64,000 bases of DNA from an uncultured Magnetococcales bacterium (GCA_963974105.1 CAXBBG010000005.1:62717-126716); one strand, 5' to 3'; positions 8,220 to 21,108 are shown, counted from the first letter of the stretch. Notes: generated by a model not told the origin, from the letters alone. Translations and numbers: made by a program.

Positions 8220-10489
8220 ACAATAAAAAAATTATATCTATTAAAAAAAGACTTATTATTATCATTCTGAGCATTAGCGCCTTCACACTTATATTAGCAA
8301 GTTTTTTTCAGATTTTAGGCTCGGTTTATTTTAATCAGGACAAGCTTAAACACGACCTTTCTGTCACTGCCAAAAGCGTTGCTTTTCAGCAAGCTTCGTC
8401 TTTAGAATTCTTAGACAACATAACTTCAAACGAAATATTTTTAGCGTTCACGCTCAACGCCACAATTTTATCGTCCTGCCTTTATGACGACAAAAACCAT
8501 TTATTTTCCTCATACCAAAAGAATGATGTAAATAAATGCATGCCTTCTTTTGAAAGCAAACAAATTACCCAGTCATTATTAGAAACGACCGTGGTCGAAC
8601 CCGTCTTATCATTTGGGGAACACATTGGCATTTTAACCCTAACGGCATCCCTGAATGATATTTATGTATATCTAGGGAAAATTAGTTTTGTCAGCGCATT
8701 TATTTTTATACTCGCTATGAGCATCGCCTATCACCTTGCCTCAAATTTACAAAGAACCATTACAACCCCCATTCGGTCCCTTGCAAAACTCGTACGCAAT
8801 GTTTCATTAACAGGCGCCTATAATTTACGTGCAGAAAAAAGTAATTTAGATGCAGAAGATGAAACGACTATTTTAATCGACGGCTTTAATGACATGCTTT
8901 CAATTATTGAAGAGCGCAATGAAAACCTTGTTCAAGCAAGATATATAGCAGAGCATGCCAACGAAGTAAAAACAGATTTCCTTGCGAATATGAGTCATGA
9001 AATCCGAACACCTTTAAATGGTGTTATTGGCACTTCAGAGCTTTTACTTTCTATGAACTTAGCACCACAACAAAAAGAGCTGGCCAATATTATAGAAAGG
9101 TCGTCTAAAAGTTTACTGGCCATTATAAATGACGTTCTTGACATTGCTAAAATAGAGGCTGATGAGCTTGTTTTAGAGCCTTCTCAAATAAATATCGAGG
9201 ACCTTATTATTGATATTATTCATACCTTCAACGGTATTGCGCTTAAAAAGGGCGTTATGCTTAATATTAGCCTTGAGCCTAGCATTCCACGCATTGTAAC
9301 ATGTGACCCTGTGCGCTTGCGTCAAATACTTGTAAACCTCATTAGCAACGCGATAAAATTCACGTCTAAGGGATATGTGCTTATTGAAGTTAAGTTTAAC
9401 CGTGGCGTTTACAAATTTAGCATTATAGATACGGGGATAGGTATACCCCCTAAGCAGCAAGAATATATATTCCAAAGATTTTCTCAAGCTGACAGCACAA
9501 CAACCAAAAACTATGGTGGCACAGGCCTCGGCTTAGCCATTTGCGCAGAACTTTGTAAACTGATGGCTGGCACACTTACCGTAAAAAGCACTGTAGGCGA
9601 AGGCTCTGAATTTAGCCTAAGTTTATCTCTGGAATATGAAGAAACTGAAACAAATTACGGCGTATCTAAAGTGCTTGAATACAAAAAAGTTTTTATTATT
9701 AACAAGGACCTTATAAGCGCAGATATTTTACGCGATCAACTTATATTCCTTAAAATAAACGCAACCGTTTTCAAGTCAACGCTAGATGCCTTGGCAAATA
9801 TTCAAAACAACAAAGAACCTAACTTTATATTTATTGAGTCTCGAGAAATGGAAAATGATACACCGTCTTTAAAAAAACTATATGAGACCACAAAGGCATC
9901 TATCATCTTAACATCGCCCTACCACACAACGGTAAACACCCAAAAATTAAACAAATTGAATATTAAGGCTTATATAAATCGTCCGTTTTATTTTGATGCT
10001 TTGAAAGAGCTTTTAGAAAGACTACTCTTAACGGATAAAACCCTTTTATCGAAAGATATTATCACCACAGAAACTCAGGTGCATCGCCTCACACATTTAC
10101 ATAAAGTAAGTAATTCTGAAAAATTGGAAATTTTAATTGCGGAAGATGACATCGTAAATCAGATGCTCATGGAGAAAATATTGAAAAAAATGGGGCATGA
10201 TACTGTCATTGTTGAAAACGGCGCCATTGCCTTTGACACTTTTAAACAACATAAATTTGACCTTGTGCTTATGGACATGCAAATGCCTATTCTAGACGGC
10301 GTAGATACCACCAAGAAAATTCGCCACTACGAATTAGAAAACAACCTAAAGAAAACAAAAATCATCGCCCTGACAGCCAACGCTCTAAAAGAACACCAAA
10401 AACTATGTGCAGAAGCAGGCATGGACGATTATTTCACAAAGCCCATCACATTAGAGAAGATAAAAGAAATGATTCATGGTGCAGCATAA
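8216..10489 (+). CDS. hybrid sensor histidine kinase (2 TM, HAMP, HisKA, HATPase, degenerate REC, REC)
   Basis: FLANMSHEIRTPLNG, NLISNAIKFT, DTGIG, GGTGLGL, C-terminal LMDMQMP; ATGA overlap with the yfiR-like gene. Confidence 0.93.
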   Translation: MNNKKIISIKKRLIIIILSISAFTLILASFFQILGSVYFNQDKLKHDLSVTAKSVAFQQASSLEFLDNITSNEIFLAFTLNATILSSCLYDDKNHLFSSYQKNDVNKCMPSFESKQITQSLLETTVVEPVLSFGEHIGILTLTASLNDIYVYLGKISFVSAFIFILAMSIAYHLASNLQRTITTPIRSLAKLVRNVSLTGAYNLRAEKSNLDAEDETTILIDGFNDMLSIIEERNENLVQARYIAEHANEVKTDFLANMSHEIRTPLNGVIGTSELLLSMNLAPQQKELANIIERSSKSLLAIINDVLDIAKIEADELVLEPSQINIEDLIIDIIHTFNGIALKKGVMLNISLEPSIPRIVTCDPVRLRQILVNLISNAIKFTSKGYVLIEVKFNRGVYKFSIIDTGIGIPPKQQEYIFQRFSQADSTTTKNYGGTGLGLAICAELCKLMAGTLTVKSTVGEGSEFSLSLSLEYEETETNYGVSKVLEYKKVFIINKDLISADILRDQLIFLKINATVFKSTLDALANIQNNKEPNFIFIESREMENDTPSLKKLYETTKASIILTSPYHTTVNTQKLNKLNIKAYINRPFYFDALKELLERLLLTDKTLLSKDIITTETQVHRLTHLHKVSNSEKLEILIAEDDIVNQMLMEKILKKMGHDTVIVENGAIAFDTFKQHKFDLVLMDMQMPILDGVDTTKKIRHYELENNLKKTKIIALTANALKEHQKLCAEAGMDDYFTKPITLEKIKEMIHGAA

Positions 10490-10503
10490 TTGGAATATGG
10501 CGT

Positions 10504-10540
10504 AAAAAAAAGCTCCTTACTTTTACGCAAAGAGCTTTTT
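10504..10540. terminator. bidirectional terminator between convergent genes
   Basis: AAAAAAAAGCTC...GAGCTTTTT inverted repeat. Confidence 0.6.
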
Positions 10541-10555
10541 ATAAAAACTATGCAA

Positions 10556-11959
10556 CTATGCGTTTAATAGTTTTACTTTTTTATTTTTAGGCTTCATGTT
10601 ACCGAAATTCTTTTCAATAGCATCTATCATTAAAGAAGCCACATCTTTACCAGAGGCACGTTCAATACCCTCTAGGCCTGGAGATGAGTTCACCTCCAAA
10701 ATACGTGGCCCAGAATTTGACCTTAGAATATCAACACCTGCAACACTTAAACCTAAAATTTTAGTCGCAGCGATAGCCATTTTCTTTTCTTCTTTAGTTA
10801 GCTTGGTCTCAAGGGCTAAGCCACCAAGGTGAATGTTAGCTCTAAAGTCACCATCGACAGAACGGCGCTCCATAGCGGCTACCACCCGACCATCAATAAC
10901 AAAACAACGCAAATCAACCCCTGCCGATTCTTTGATAAATTCTTGTACCAAGAAGTTGGCGTTTAAGCTCTTAAAACCGTTGATAAGGTTTTCAGCTGCT
11001 TTTGCCGTTTCCGCCAAAATAACACCGCGACCTTGCGTACCCTCAAGTAATTTAATCACCAAAGGTGCACCACCTACTAATTTAATAAGGTCTTTTGTGT
11101 TTTGAGGCGAATTTGCAAACCCTGTAGAAGGCATATCAATGCCTTTACTTGAAAGGATTTGAAGCGCTTTTAATTTATCTCGAGAACAAGTAATAGCTTC
11201 CGCTGTGTTTAAACACAATACGCCCGAAGCTTCATATTGCCTTGTGACAGCACACCCATAAAAAGTGACTGAAGGTTTAAGCCTTGGGATAATAGCATCT
11301 ACATCTGTAAGATCCATACCATCTAGGTAATGGATAGCAGGTCTGCGTGCATTGATGTGCATATAGGTATGGCGCACATTCACAAAAGTCATTTCATGGC
11401 CACGTGCTTCTCCAGCTTCCATAATACGCTTATTTGAGTAGAGGTCTGGGTTACTTGCTAAAAGTACAATTTTAAGACCAGACTTCTCAATAGTGTGATC
11501 TTTATAAAGTGTTAATAGCTCTTTAGTTGTATATTTTTTAAGAAGGCATTTACCTTCAGGGTCAACAATAATACGCCCTTCCATAGCTTGACGCCCTAAA
11601 AGCATACGAAAACCCATAGAGTCGCGGTTCGTGAGTGTTAGTTCGATATCCCATGACTCAGAACCAATACCCAAGGTCGTTTGCACCACATATCTAAGAT
11701 CCTTGTGGCCATTAGAACTTTTAACCATACGCTGCTCTAGTAAAAGAGCCTTGCAACGTCTGTGTATACTACGGTTATTAACAATAGGGTGAACGTCAAA
11801 ATAAACATAGTCCTTACCATCTTCCCTAACAACCTCTTGATTATATGCATGCAAACTAGATGTTGCGGCACCACTGTCAATTCGAGCCTTTACTGCTTCT
11901 AAACCTAAATCAGGCAACGAGCACCACTCTTCCGAACCGAGTACAATCTTATCAGGCAT
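10556..11959 (-). CDS. rimK: RimK-family ATP-grasp alpha-L-glutamate ligase fused to an N-terminal retropepsin-like (putative ATP-dependent Zn protease) domain
   Basis: N-terminal LGSEEW...ARIDSGAATSSLHA...LTNRDSMGFRMLLGR; C-terminal KLLEGTQGRGV, FRANIHLGG, EVNSSPGLEGIE. Confidence 0.9.
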   Translation of the reverse strand: MPDKIVLGSEEWCSLPDLGLEAVKARIDSGAATSSLHAYNQEVVREDGKDYVYFDVHPIVNNRSIHRRCKALLLEQRMVKSSNGHKDLRYVVQTTLGIGSESWDIELTLTNRDSMGFRMLLGRQAMEGRIIVDPEGKCLLKKYTTKELLTLYKDHTIEKSGLKIVLLASNPDLYSNKRIMEAGEARGHEMTFVNVRHTYMHINARRPAIHYLDGMDLTDVDAIIPRLKPSVTFYGCAVTRQYEASGVLCLNTAEAITCSRDKLKALQILSSKGIDMPSTGFANSPQNTKDLIKLVGGAPLVIKLLEGTQGRGVILAETAKAAENLINGFKSLNANFLVQEFIKESAGVDLRCFVIDGRVVAAMERRSVDGDFRANIHLGGLALETKLTKEEKKMAIAATKILGLSVAGVDILRSNSGPRILEVNSSPGLEGIERASGKDVASLMIDAIEKNFGNMKPKNKKVKLLNA

Positions 11960-12094
11960 TTAAAAAATCCTATCTTCTTTAATTAGTAACCACATAATTG
12001 CAGATTTATAATTTAAAAGCCAACCATAAAATGAAGTATCCCCCTTCAAAGTGGCACAAGCTTTTGTAAATATTAAAATTCAATGGCAATAAAT

Positions 12095-14977
12095 TTACAA
12101 TGAGGTCGAAATAAATGTCCGTATTTCTGACTTTGTTGCATTTAAAGACTCCTCCAAAGACTCAAACTCTTGCATTAAACTTTCTACCGTATCTTTAGGA
12201 TTATCTGTTGATTTAAATGCTTTTTCAAGCCTTTCCATTTGTGCGCCTAAATATAGCAATCCCAACTGCTGACTAGAGGATTTAAGTTTATGTGCACAAC
12301 TTATAATACCGCCTTTGTCGTTCACACCCCTGCATTGCAATATCTTTTCAATACATTCATCTGCATCTAAAATATAATGTTCAACAATCGAATCAAAATC
12401 GTCGCCCATAATATCCTTCACACCAGAAAAAATGTTTTTATCTAAAATAAAGCCTCCACCTATATTCACTTTTGGCTCTGCAACTGAACTCCCATCGTTT
12501 TTTGAGAGTTCAGAAGGTTCTACAAAACTCTCTAAATTGTCTTTCGACGCCCACTTTAAAATAATATCTTTAAGGTGTACTTGCCTTATGGGTTTTGAAA
12601 TATAATCGTCCATACCAGCGTCAAAGCAAACCTGGTCATCGCCTTTCATAGCATTAGCCGTTAACGCAATAATAGGAATTTCAGGTAATTCACCATTTCT
12701 CTTCATTTTACAAATTTGCGCAGTTGCCTCAAATCCATCCATGCGCGGCATATGACAATCCATAAATATCAGATCAAAATCTTTTTGTTTTTTCAATACT
12801 TTTAAGGCGTCTACACCGTCCACAGCTGAAACACTTTCTACGTTTAACTTATTAAGCATTTCCACTGCAATATTTCTGTTTACCTTATTATCCTCAACCA
12901 CCAAAATTTTTATACCAGAAATGAGTTGTTCCATATTTTTATTATGCACAATCGTTTCTTGATGGTTAGAAACTTTTATAATCTTTTTTATAATCTTTTC
13001 TAAATCTTTTTTATACAAAGGCTTATTTAACCATGCATCCACTCCTGAATCTTCTATAGATTCAATTGCTGAGTTACCGTCCGACGACGTTAAAATCATG
13101 AAGGGGGTATCTCTAAGATTTGGGTCAGACTTTACGGCACTACAAAAATCTGCACCATTCATAAAAGGCATATTAAAGTCAGAAATAATCAAATCAACCT
13201 TATCTGTATTCTTATCATCTTTTAATACAGACAAAGCTTCGACAGCACTTGAAAACGATGATGAACGAAGGCCCATAGAAGAAAGTTGCTCTCTAATTAT
13301 ATGCCTATTCACTTCAATATCATCCACAATAAATGCATGCATATTTTCAGGGATTTTGTAACCATCTATCTCATGAGATTGTGCATTTTTTGTTTCATCT
13401 ATTGGTAACACACAAGTAAACCAGAATGTTGAACCGCGTCCAGGTGAACTTTCAACACCAATGCGTCCACGCATAAATGAAACAAGTCTTTGGCATATGC
13501 TTAAACCAAGCCCAGTACCGCCATATTTACGCGTGGTGGAATTATCTGCTTGATTAAACCTATCAAATATTTTTTCTTGCGCTTCTTTAGCAACGCCAAC
13601 CCCAGTATCTTTAATTTCAATCCTTAGAGCTTCATATCCTGGCAAAGCCATCACGCTTTCATCACGCATGATATCTATTAATACATAACCAGAATCTGTA
13701 AATTTAATCGCATTATTGGCTAGATTTGCAACAATTTGAGCAAAGCGAACAGGGTCACCTAAATAATAGCTATTTAGGCTTTTATTTATACGTAACATAA
13801 AGTCTATGTTTTTACTGCGCGCATAAGGTGAAACCATATCACTTACACCTTCAACCACATCCACAATATCCAATGAAACTTCTTCTAAATTAAGATGCCC
13901 CGATTCAATTTTAGAAAAGTCTAAAATTTCGTTAATTAGGCGTAGTAAGTTTTCTGAAGATTTTAAAATAACTTTAAGTTGTCTGTCTTCTTTTTCACCG
14001 TGTTTATTAGAAAGTAAAAGTTCCGCAGTACCTATAATACCGTTCATGGGCGTTCTTATTTCATGGCTCATTGTCGCCAGGAAATCGTCTTTTAGTTGAT
14101 TTGCACTGTTGGCCTTTTTTACCTCAACCTCTAACAAGCTTTGCTTTTCTTTAAGCTCTTCAATATATAGTTCAATTTCAATTTTCTTTTTTTCTAATTC
14201 TTTAGTGTTATTTAAGAAAATTTCAATAGAAGACGCCATTTCTCCTAATTCATCCCCTTTTGCTGTAAATGGAATTTCAACATTAAGGCTACCATTAGAT
14301 ATTGCAGACATAACTTTGTTTATGGCAAGCAGTGGGTTTAACAATTTATAATAGCTAAAATATATAAATAAGAAGGCCATTAAAATCATCAACGAAATTA
14401 TAAATATGGATAAATAATGAAACATTTCTCGTAATTCGGTAATTTCCGCATCTATGATTGAGCGCGCCTCTCCTCTTTTGTTCTGAATGTATTTTTTTAA
14501 AGTATTCAATGAAGACAAAGCAGGTTGATCATCCACCTTTACAAAAGGGTCAATTTCTTCGGCAGTATAACCCTCATATACTAAGTTTTCTAAAATAGGC
14601 ATTTTAGAACGATACTCTAACATTATACTTTCAATTTCTTGTAAAGCACTACTTTCTAAATAATCCACACCCAAGGCTCTATACTTGGCAATATTAACAC
14701 CTAAAAGTCGATTAAATGTATAAGCACCCAAAAGTAAATTTCTATCTTTACGCAGCAGATAGTTTTTAAATCTATGGATCATGCCACCATAACCAATATT
14801 ATCTTTTATTTCGTTAATAAGTGTAATTTTAGACAAAGTACTGCTATCAAAGCTTTTCCACTCTTGATGCAAGTACTCCGTACGAGAATTTATATAAAAA
14901 ATAGACACGCAGAGTATAAACATAACAAACAGTATAATGGCTGTAATAACATGGCTAAATGACTTAAGATTTAACAT
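12095..14977 (-). CDS. hybrid sensor histidine kinase (periplasmic GYGGxIHxFKNY domain, HAMP, HisKA, HATPase, two REC, Hpt)
   Basis: FLATMSHEIRTPMNG, NNAIKFT, GGTGLGL, SDFNMP and MDCHMP receivers, AHKLKSSS Hpt. Confidence 0.93.
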   Translation of the reverse strand: MLNLKSFSHVITAIILFVMFILCVSIFYINSRTEYLHQEWKSFDSSTLSKITLINEIKDNIGYGGMIHRFKNYLLRKDRNLLLGAYTFNRLLGVNIAKYRALGVDYLESSALQEIESIMLEYRSKMPILENLVYEGYTAEEIDPFVKVDDQPALSSLNTLKKYIQNKRGEARSIIDAEITELREMFHYLSIFIISLMILMAFLFIYFSYYKLLNPLLAINKVMSAISNGSLNVEIPFTAKGDELGEMASSIEIFLNNTKELEKKKIEIELYIEELKEKQSLLEVEVKKANSANQLKDDFLATMSHEIRTPMNGIIGTAELLLSNKHGEKEDRQLKVILKSSENLLRLINEILDFSKIESGHLNLEEVSLDIVDVVEGVSDMVSPYARSKNIDFMLRINKSLNSYYLGDPVRFAQIVANLANNAIKFTDSGYVLIDIMRDESVMALPGYEALRIEIKDTGVGVAKEAQEKIFDRFNQADNSTTRKYGGTGLGLSICQRLVSFMRGRIGVESSPGRGSTFWFTCVLPIDETKNAQSHEIDGYKIPENMHAFIVDDIEVNRHIIREQLSSMGLRSSSFSSAVEALSVLKDDKNTDKVDLIISDFNMPFMNGADFCSAVKSDPNLRDTPFMILTSSDGNSAIESIEDSGVDAWLNKPLYKKDLEKIIKKIIKVSNHQETIVHNKNMEQLISGIKILVVEDNKVNRNIAVEMLNKLNVESVSAVDGVDALKVLKKQKDFDLIFMDCHMPRMDGFEATAQICKMKRNGELPEIPIIALTANAMKGDDQVCFDAGMDDYISKPIRQVHLKDIILKWASKDNLESFVEPSELSKNDGSSVAEPKVNIGGGFILDKNIFSGVKDIMGDDFDSIVEHYILDADECIEKILQCRGVNDKGGIISCAHKLKSSSQQLGLLYLGAQMERLEKAFKSTDNPKDTVESLMQEFESLEESLNATKSEIRTFISTSL

Positions 14978-15526
14978 TTAAGGTACTTTCGTTATAAGGG
15001 CAGACTGTAATAAAAGGTTCATTCTATTTTTAGCAAGTTCAGTTAAACCGTAAACATCACTAGGCGCTTTATTCATGACATGAATAATTTTATAAAATTC
15101 TTGCACCTTATATTTATTTTCTATATCTAATAAAGCCTTCACAGCCTTGTCTAAAACTTCTCCAGAGTAGATATAAACCTCACTTGGCGTAATTTCAGCT
15201 CTATTAAGCATGTCAAAATCATATAAGTTTATAGAGGGCATGTTATGCTCAAATAAAAACGTGTTAAATATTTTTACAAAGTTATTTGCATTCATAAGCA
15301 CATCAGAAGGGCTTTTACCAGCATACATTTCAACTTCTATTTTACTAAATTCAGTTTGTACTTCAGGGGGGTATAAAAGAGCTATCTTCTCAATAACGAT
15401 ATTTATGTTATTCCATAAAGGATATAAATTATTTGGCGTGAATCCATATTTAGGTACATCTGCCCACGCATGGCCCATGCAGGTACACATTAAAAACAGC
15501 GCAGTAATTCTTATAATTTTTTTCAT
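14978..15526 (-). CDS. secreted hypothetical protein with four xP(S/N)(D/E/N)(V/L) motifs
   Basis: Signal peptide ending HAWA; motifs TPNNLY, SPSDVL, TPSEVY, APSDVY; stop codon abuts the kinase start. Confidence 0.75.
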   Translation of the reverse strand: MKKIIRITALFLMCTCMGHAWADVPKYGFTPNNLYPLWNNINIVIEKIALLYPPEVQTEFSKIEVEMYAGKSPSDVLMNANNFVKIFNTFLFEHNMPSINLYDFDMLNRAEITPSEVYIYSGEVLDKAVKALLDIENKYKVQEFYKIIHVMNKAPSDVYGLTELAKNRMNLLLQSALITKVP

Positions 15527-15797
15527 ACACTTATTATCTAAATGTTTGACGATATTTTCAATTAAACATGCTTTAAAGGTATATAAAACAGCGTAAATAC
15601 ATAAATTTTAATCAAAAAGCATACATTATACCTTGCACTATATTAGCCTTATATGACGCCTATAGGTCGGCAATAAACACGGTTTTATTAAAGGTTTCCA
15701 TTCAGCTTCAACCACTTTTTAATGTTTTAATTTTAAACTTAACCAAGCCGTTTTATTTACGACAAAGTCAATCTTACAACCATCAATTTATTTCCAC

Positions 15798-15830
15798 AAA
15801 AAAAAGCACCCCAATAAAGGGGTGCTTTTT
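15798..15830 (-). terminator. intrinsic terminator of katG
   Basis: AAAAAAAAGCACCCC-AATAAA-GGGGTGCTTTTT. Confidence 0.85.
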
Positions 15831-15845
15831 CTCTTGAACCATCGT

Positions 15846-18017
<2,172 letters not shown>

Positions 18018-18407
18018 CTAACTCCTTAGTTGTTGTTATTTTATTATTTACCCTGCACGGTTATAAGTAAAATATAACTAATTTATACAAACGATAACAT
18101 TTATTTATGCACAGGCAACAAGCCTTATTCACAAGCTTACACATGAAGAAATGGGTTTGTCAAAACCATTCAATATAGCGCTATAATAATGGCGGTATCT
18201 AAAGAAGTTAGAACTTTTTGTCGTACAAAAATTAAATACAAACATCCTACATCATATACAATAGTACCGATTGAGAGTGACATATAAGACTTGAAGGAAT
18301 CTCCCTATCAATCTTTTGCCAATTTATTAAAATAATAATACCATAAATTTAACACAAACAATAAAGCCTTTACCGTCAGAGGTTTTAAAAATATACGGTG
18401 TTAAGGA

Positions 18408-19460
18408 TTAGTTAGGATTTACCATGCAAATAAGAGAGTTACTATTCGTACAGGTAGCAGTTATCCCACCCCATCTTCTCCTATCTGTGCGACTTGAAGC
18501 TGGAAAACCTACATATCCACTACCGGATGTAGAGGCCCAGTTGCCGCAAGTGTATCCAGACGCGCCTGTTGTATTCCAACGGTCATGGGCACCAACCGCC
18601 CCCTTTCCTGTCCAATACACAATTGGATTGCTAAAATGGTCTCCATCACTCCAATCGTCATAGTTACCAGGCCCCGTACCGTTTACATCTGTCGTAAATG
18701 TGGCACCACCAATAGTTGTAGAAAATGCTTTTGCGAATGTGTATTCAGTATTTGCTTCTAAATTGTTACATGTCGTATTGTCACACAGCCATGCCTTAGT
18801 AGTATACCCTGTAGGGTATCCAGCAGGTTTGCCTTTCCAATCCCTGGACGTTAACTCAGTTTCACACTTAGTATTAGCACCTGATAAACCACCTAGAGCA
18901 CTACCTTGGAAGGTAGCCGAAGTAGCCACAAAATAGTTTAGCTTAGCATTTAAGGCATCTATCCAAGTATCGCCATTACAAAATTGCATAATATCTAAAG
19001 TGGTATTATATTCTATGGTAGATTCTACATGAGCAGGAGTAGAGCATCCTCCACTGCCTGCTGCAACATAAGTGTTGCCGCTTACATTTTCCCAATTATC
19101 ACCATTGCAAAATTGATAAGTATTCGTTGTGACATTATATTCTAAGGAGCCTTCTGGGGACGCTGGAGATGTACATGCTGTACCTGTTGCAAGGGGCGCA
19201 CTGTTACCCATATCAATCCAATTTGCACCATCACAAAACTGTAAAACATTATCGGTATAGCTGTATTGAATAGAGCCATTAATACCCGCAGGTCCAGTGC
19301 ATGCACCATAGGCACTATTTACTACAAATACAAACATGAAAAGCCATGAAAATTTCAAAACAAAACGTGTTAAAACTTGACGACAACTATAAAAACCAAA
19401 GCCATTTTCTACATATTCACCTAAACCCAAACCTAAAATCCTGCCCATTTTATTTACCAT
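18408..19460 (-). CDS. secreted protein with three CxxP..G..Y..QFCxGxxW repeats and a DUF1554/endostatin-like C-terminal domain
   Basis: Three repeats of about 42 aa; C-terminal GGLSGANTKC...KAWL...YWTG...TCGNW...C...LICM pattern; true start may be a downstream Met. Confidence 0.75.
   Translation of the reverse strand: MVNKMGRILGLGLGEYVENGFGFYSCRQVLTRFVLKFSWLFMFVFVVNSAYGACTGPAGINGSIQYSYTDNVLQFCDGANWIDMGNSAPLATGTACTSPASPEGSLEYNVTTNTYQFCNGDNWENVSGNTYVAAGSGGCSTPAHVESTIEYNTTLDIMQFCNGDTWIDALNAKLNYFVATSATFQGSALGGLSGANTKCETELTSRDWKGKPAGYPTGYTTKAWLCDNTTCNNLEANTEYTFAKAFSTTIGGATFTTDVNGTGPGNYDDWSDGDHFSNPIVYWTGKGAVGAHDRWNTTGASGYTCGNWASTSGSGYVGFPASSRTDRRRWGGITATCTNSNSLICMVNPN
19133..19181. repeat. 49-bp perfect inverted repeat, arm 1 (partner at 21552-21600)
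   Basis: Its reverse complement ACAGCATGTACATCTCCAGCGTCCCCAGAAGGCTCCTTAGAATATAATG is identical to 21552-21600. Confidence 0.92.
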
Positions 19461-19649
19461 GCCCTTTTACATTCAATACAACATATATATCAGATACATA
19501 TAATTATTAAACTTACTTTATATAATATACTATCTATTACAAAAATTTAACAAAAAAAATAGTAACGCATTGAAAAGTATAAAATAGCTTAAAATTAACC
19601 ATGTATTTACAATGTACGTTTAATTGATGGGGGGTGCCAGTGGGTGCCG

Positions 19650-19701
19650 CGCGGGACAGTATAGCGGTAATAATAAACACCAAACTTGCTTCTGTGTAAG
19701 T
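19650..19701 (+). repeat. intergenic direct repeat A, copy 1 (52-bp core)
   Basis: CGCGGGACAGTATAGCGGTAATAATAAACACCAAACTTGCTTCTGTGTAAGT; 49/52 identical to copy 2; weaker similarity extends into both flanks. Confidence 0.92.
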
Positions 19702-19744
19702 ACATAAAAAGCAAGTTTAGTGTCAGTTGATGGGCGTGTAGAAG

Positions 19745-20950
19745 TTATTTATTTTCTAGTTTTTGCAATGAAGAAATAACATCAAAGGACGCTTCTTCTA
19801 ACGAATTTACTAAGTCAGAGATATCTGCATTAGGGTTATCTTTTCTCCGTTTGATCGCATCACTTGCCGAATTATGTACAAGTTTATGCGGGTGCTCCAT
19901 TTCGTTAAAATCGTTATTTTTGTCAAACATCTTTTTACCATCCTCATAGTACCATTTACCTAGACGGCAAGTTGTATGATCGCCAATGGTGGCAAGGTCC
20001 AAATCAATACGCCCCATTTCATAATCTACAATTTTCTTTTTCCATAGGGCGTGGTCAGCCTGCGCCAAAATAACAACTTTATTTTCTATATCTTGCTCAG
20101 CTAGTAATGCACGCTGTCCTTCAATAACAGATGTTAAATTATCAAGTAAGTTCATAATATCATCTGTTTGTTTGTCATTTTTATCAGCTTCTTGGGAAAC
20201 TTCAAATATGCTCTCTGATATTTGCTGTGAAGCTTCTGACTGCTCTTGTGTTGAATGTGCAATATTGTCCATTAAAACTTGAATTTCATTTGCAGAAGCT
20301 GAAAGCATATTTACTTTTTCAGTGCCATCAATAACACTTTGTTGTGATTCATTAACAGCCGTAAACACCTTTTCAACTTCATTGTGAATTTCGTTAATTG
20401 TTATAGCAATTTCAGCTGTTGCGCTTTGTGATTGTGTTGCTAGCTTTCGTACTTCATCTGCAACTACAGCAAAACCTTTACCTGCTTCACCAGCTCTGGC
20501 TGCCTCAATCGAGGCATTTAAAGCTAGTAAGTTAGTTTGGTCACTAATACCATCAATAGTTTTAACAACTTGTTGTATTTTGCCTGAAGCTTTTTGTAGT
20601 AGCCCCATACATTCAGCCGTATTGGTCATTTTAGTATTAATTGACTGCATTACATCAATAGCTTCTTGTACTTCATTGTTTACACGTACTGCTGTTGTAG
20701 AAGCGTCAGAAGCATGCGCTGCAATTCCATGTACTGTTGAAGCCATTTCTTCGCTTGCACTTGCTGTTGTGTTGACAAGGTCATGTATATTCACGGAAGC
20801 TTTGCGAATTTTGCTTGTTTGCATTGCAACATCAACTACAGACATCGAAGCATCGACAATCCCTTTTAGAAGTTGGGGTAAAATATTATTTTTCTGCTGG
20901 CGCTTAAAAGTAAACATGTTTTTTTTATCTTTATTTCTTGTTGATGTCAA
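19745..20950 (-). CDS. soluble methyl-accepting chemotaxis protein with C-terminal CZB zinc-binding domain
   Basis: [34 protein letters not shown] hairpin; CZB DHALWK...[11 protein letters not shown]...HKLVH; no TM segment; start may be the Met at 20917. Confidence 0.9.
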   Translation of the reverse strand: MTSTRNKDKKNMFTFKRQQKNNILPQLLKGIVDASMSVVDVAMQTSKIRKASVNIHDLVNTTASASEEMASTVHGIAAHASDASTTAVRVNNEVQEAIDVMQSINTKMTNTAECMGLLQKASGKIQQVVKTIDGISDQTNLLALNASIEAARAGEAGKGFAVVADEVRKLATQSQSATAEIAITINEIHNEVEKVFTAVNESQQSVIDGTEKVNMLSASANEIQVLMDNIAHSTQEQSEASQQISESIFEVSQEADKNDKQTDDIMNLLDNLTSVIEGQRALLAEQDIENKVVILAQADHALWKKKIVDYEMGRIDLDLATIGDHTTCRLGKWYYEDGKKMFDKNNDFNEMEHPHKLVHNSASDAIKRRKDNPNADISDLVNSLEEASFDVISSLQKLENK

Positions 20951-21108
20951 TCTTGGTTTTTGTCAAGCTCAGCCCTAACTTTACACAGCTTTACATTTCG
21001 ATATAATTTGTCATACTTGACGTTAATTTGCAAAGACTTTATCTTTACAGCGCGGTTTCATTATGTGTAAGGCTTAAAGGTGCCAGTAGGTGCTGTTCAC
21101 GTATGTAT

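Noticed and set aside
18060-18110. OxyR/LysR-type site upstream of katG (ATAA-N7-TTAT)
   Set aside because: The match is too degenerate in very AT-rich DNA to support.
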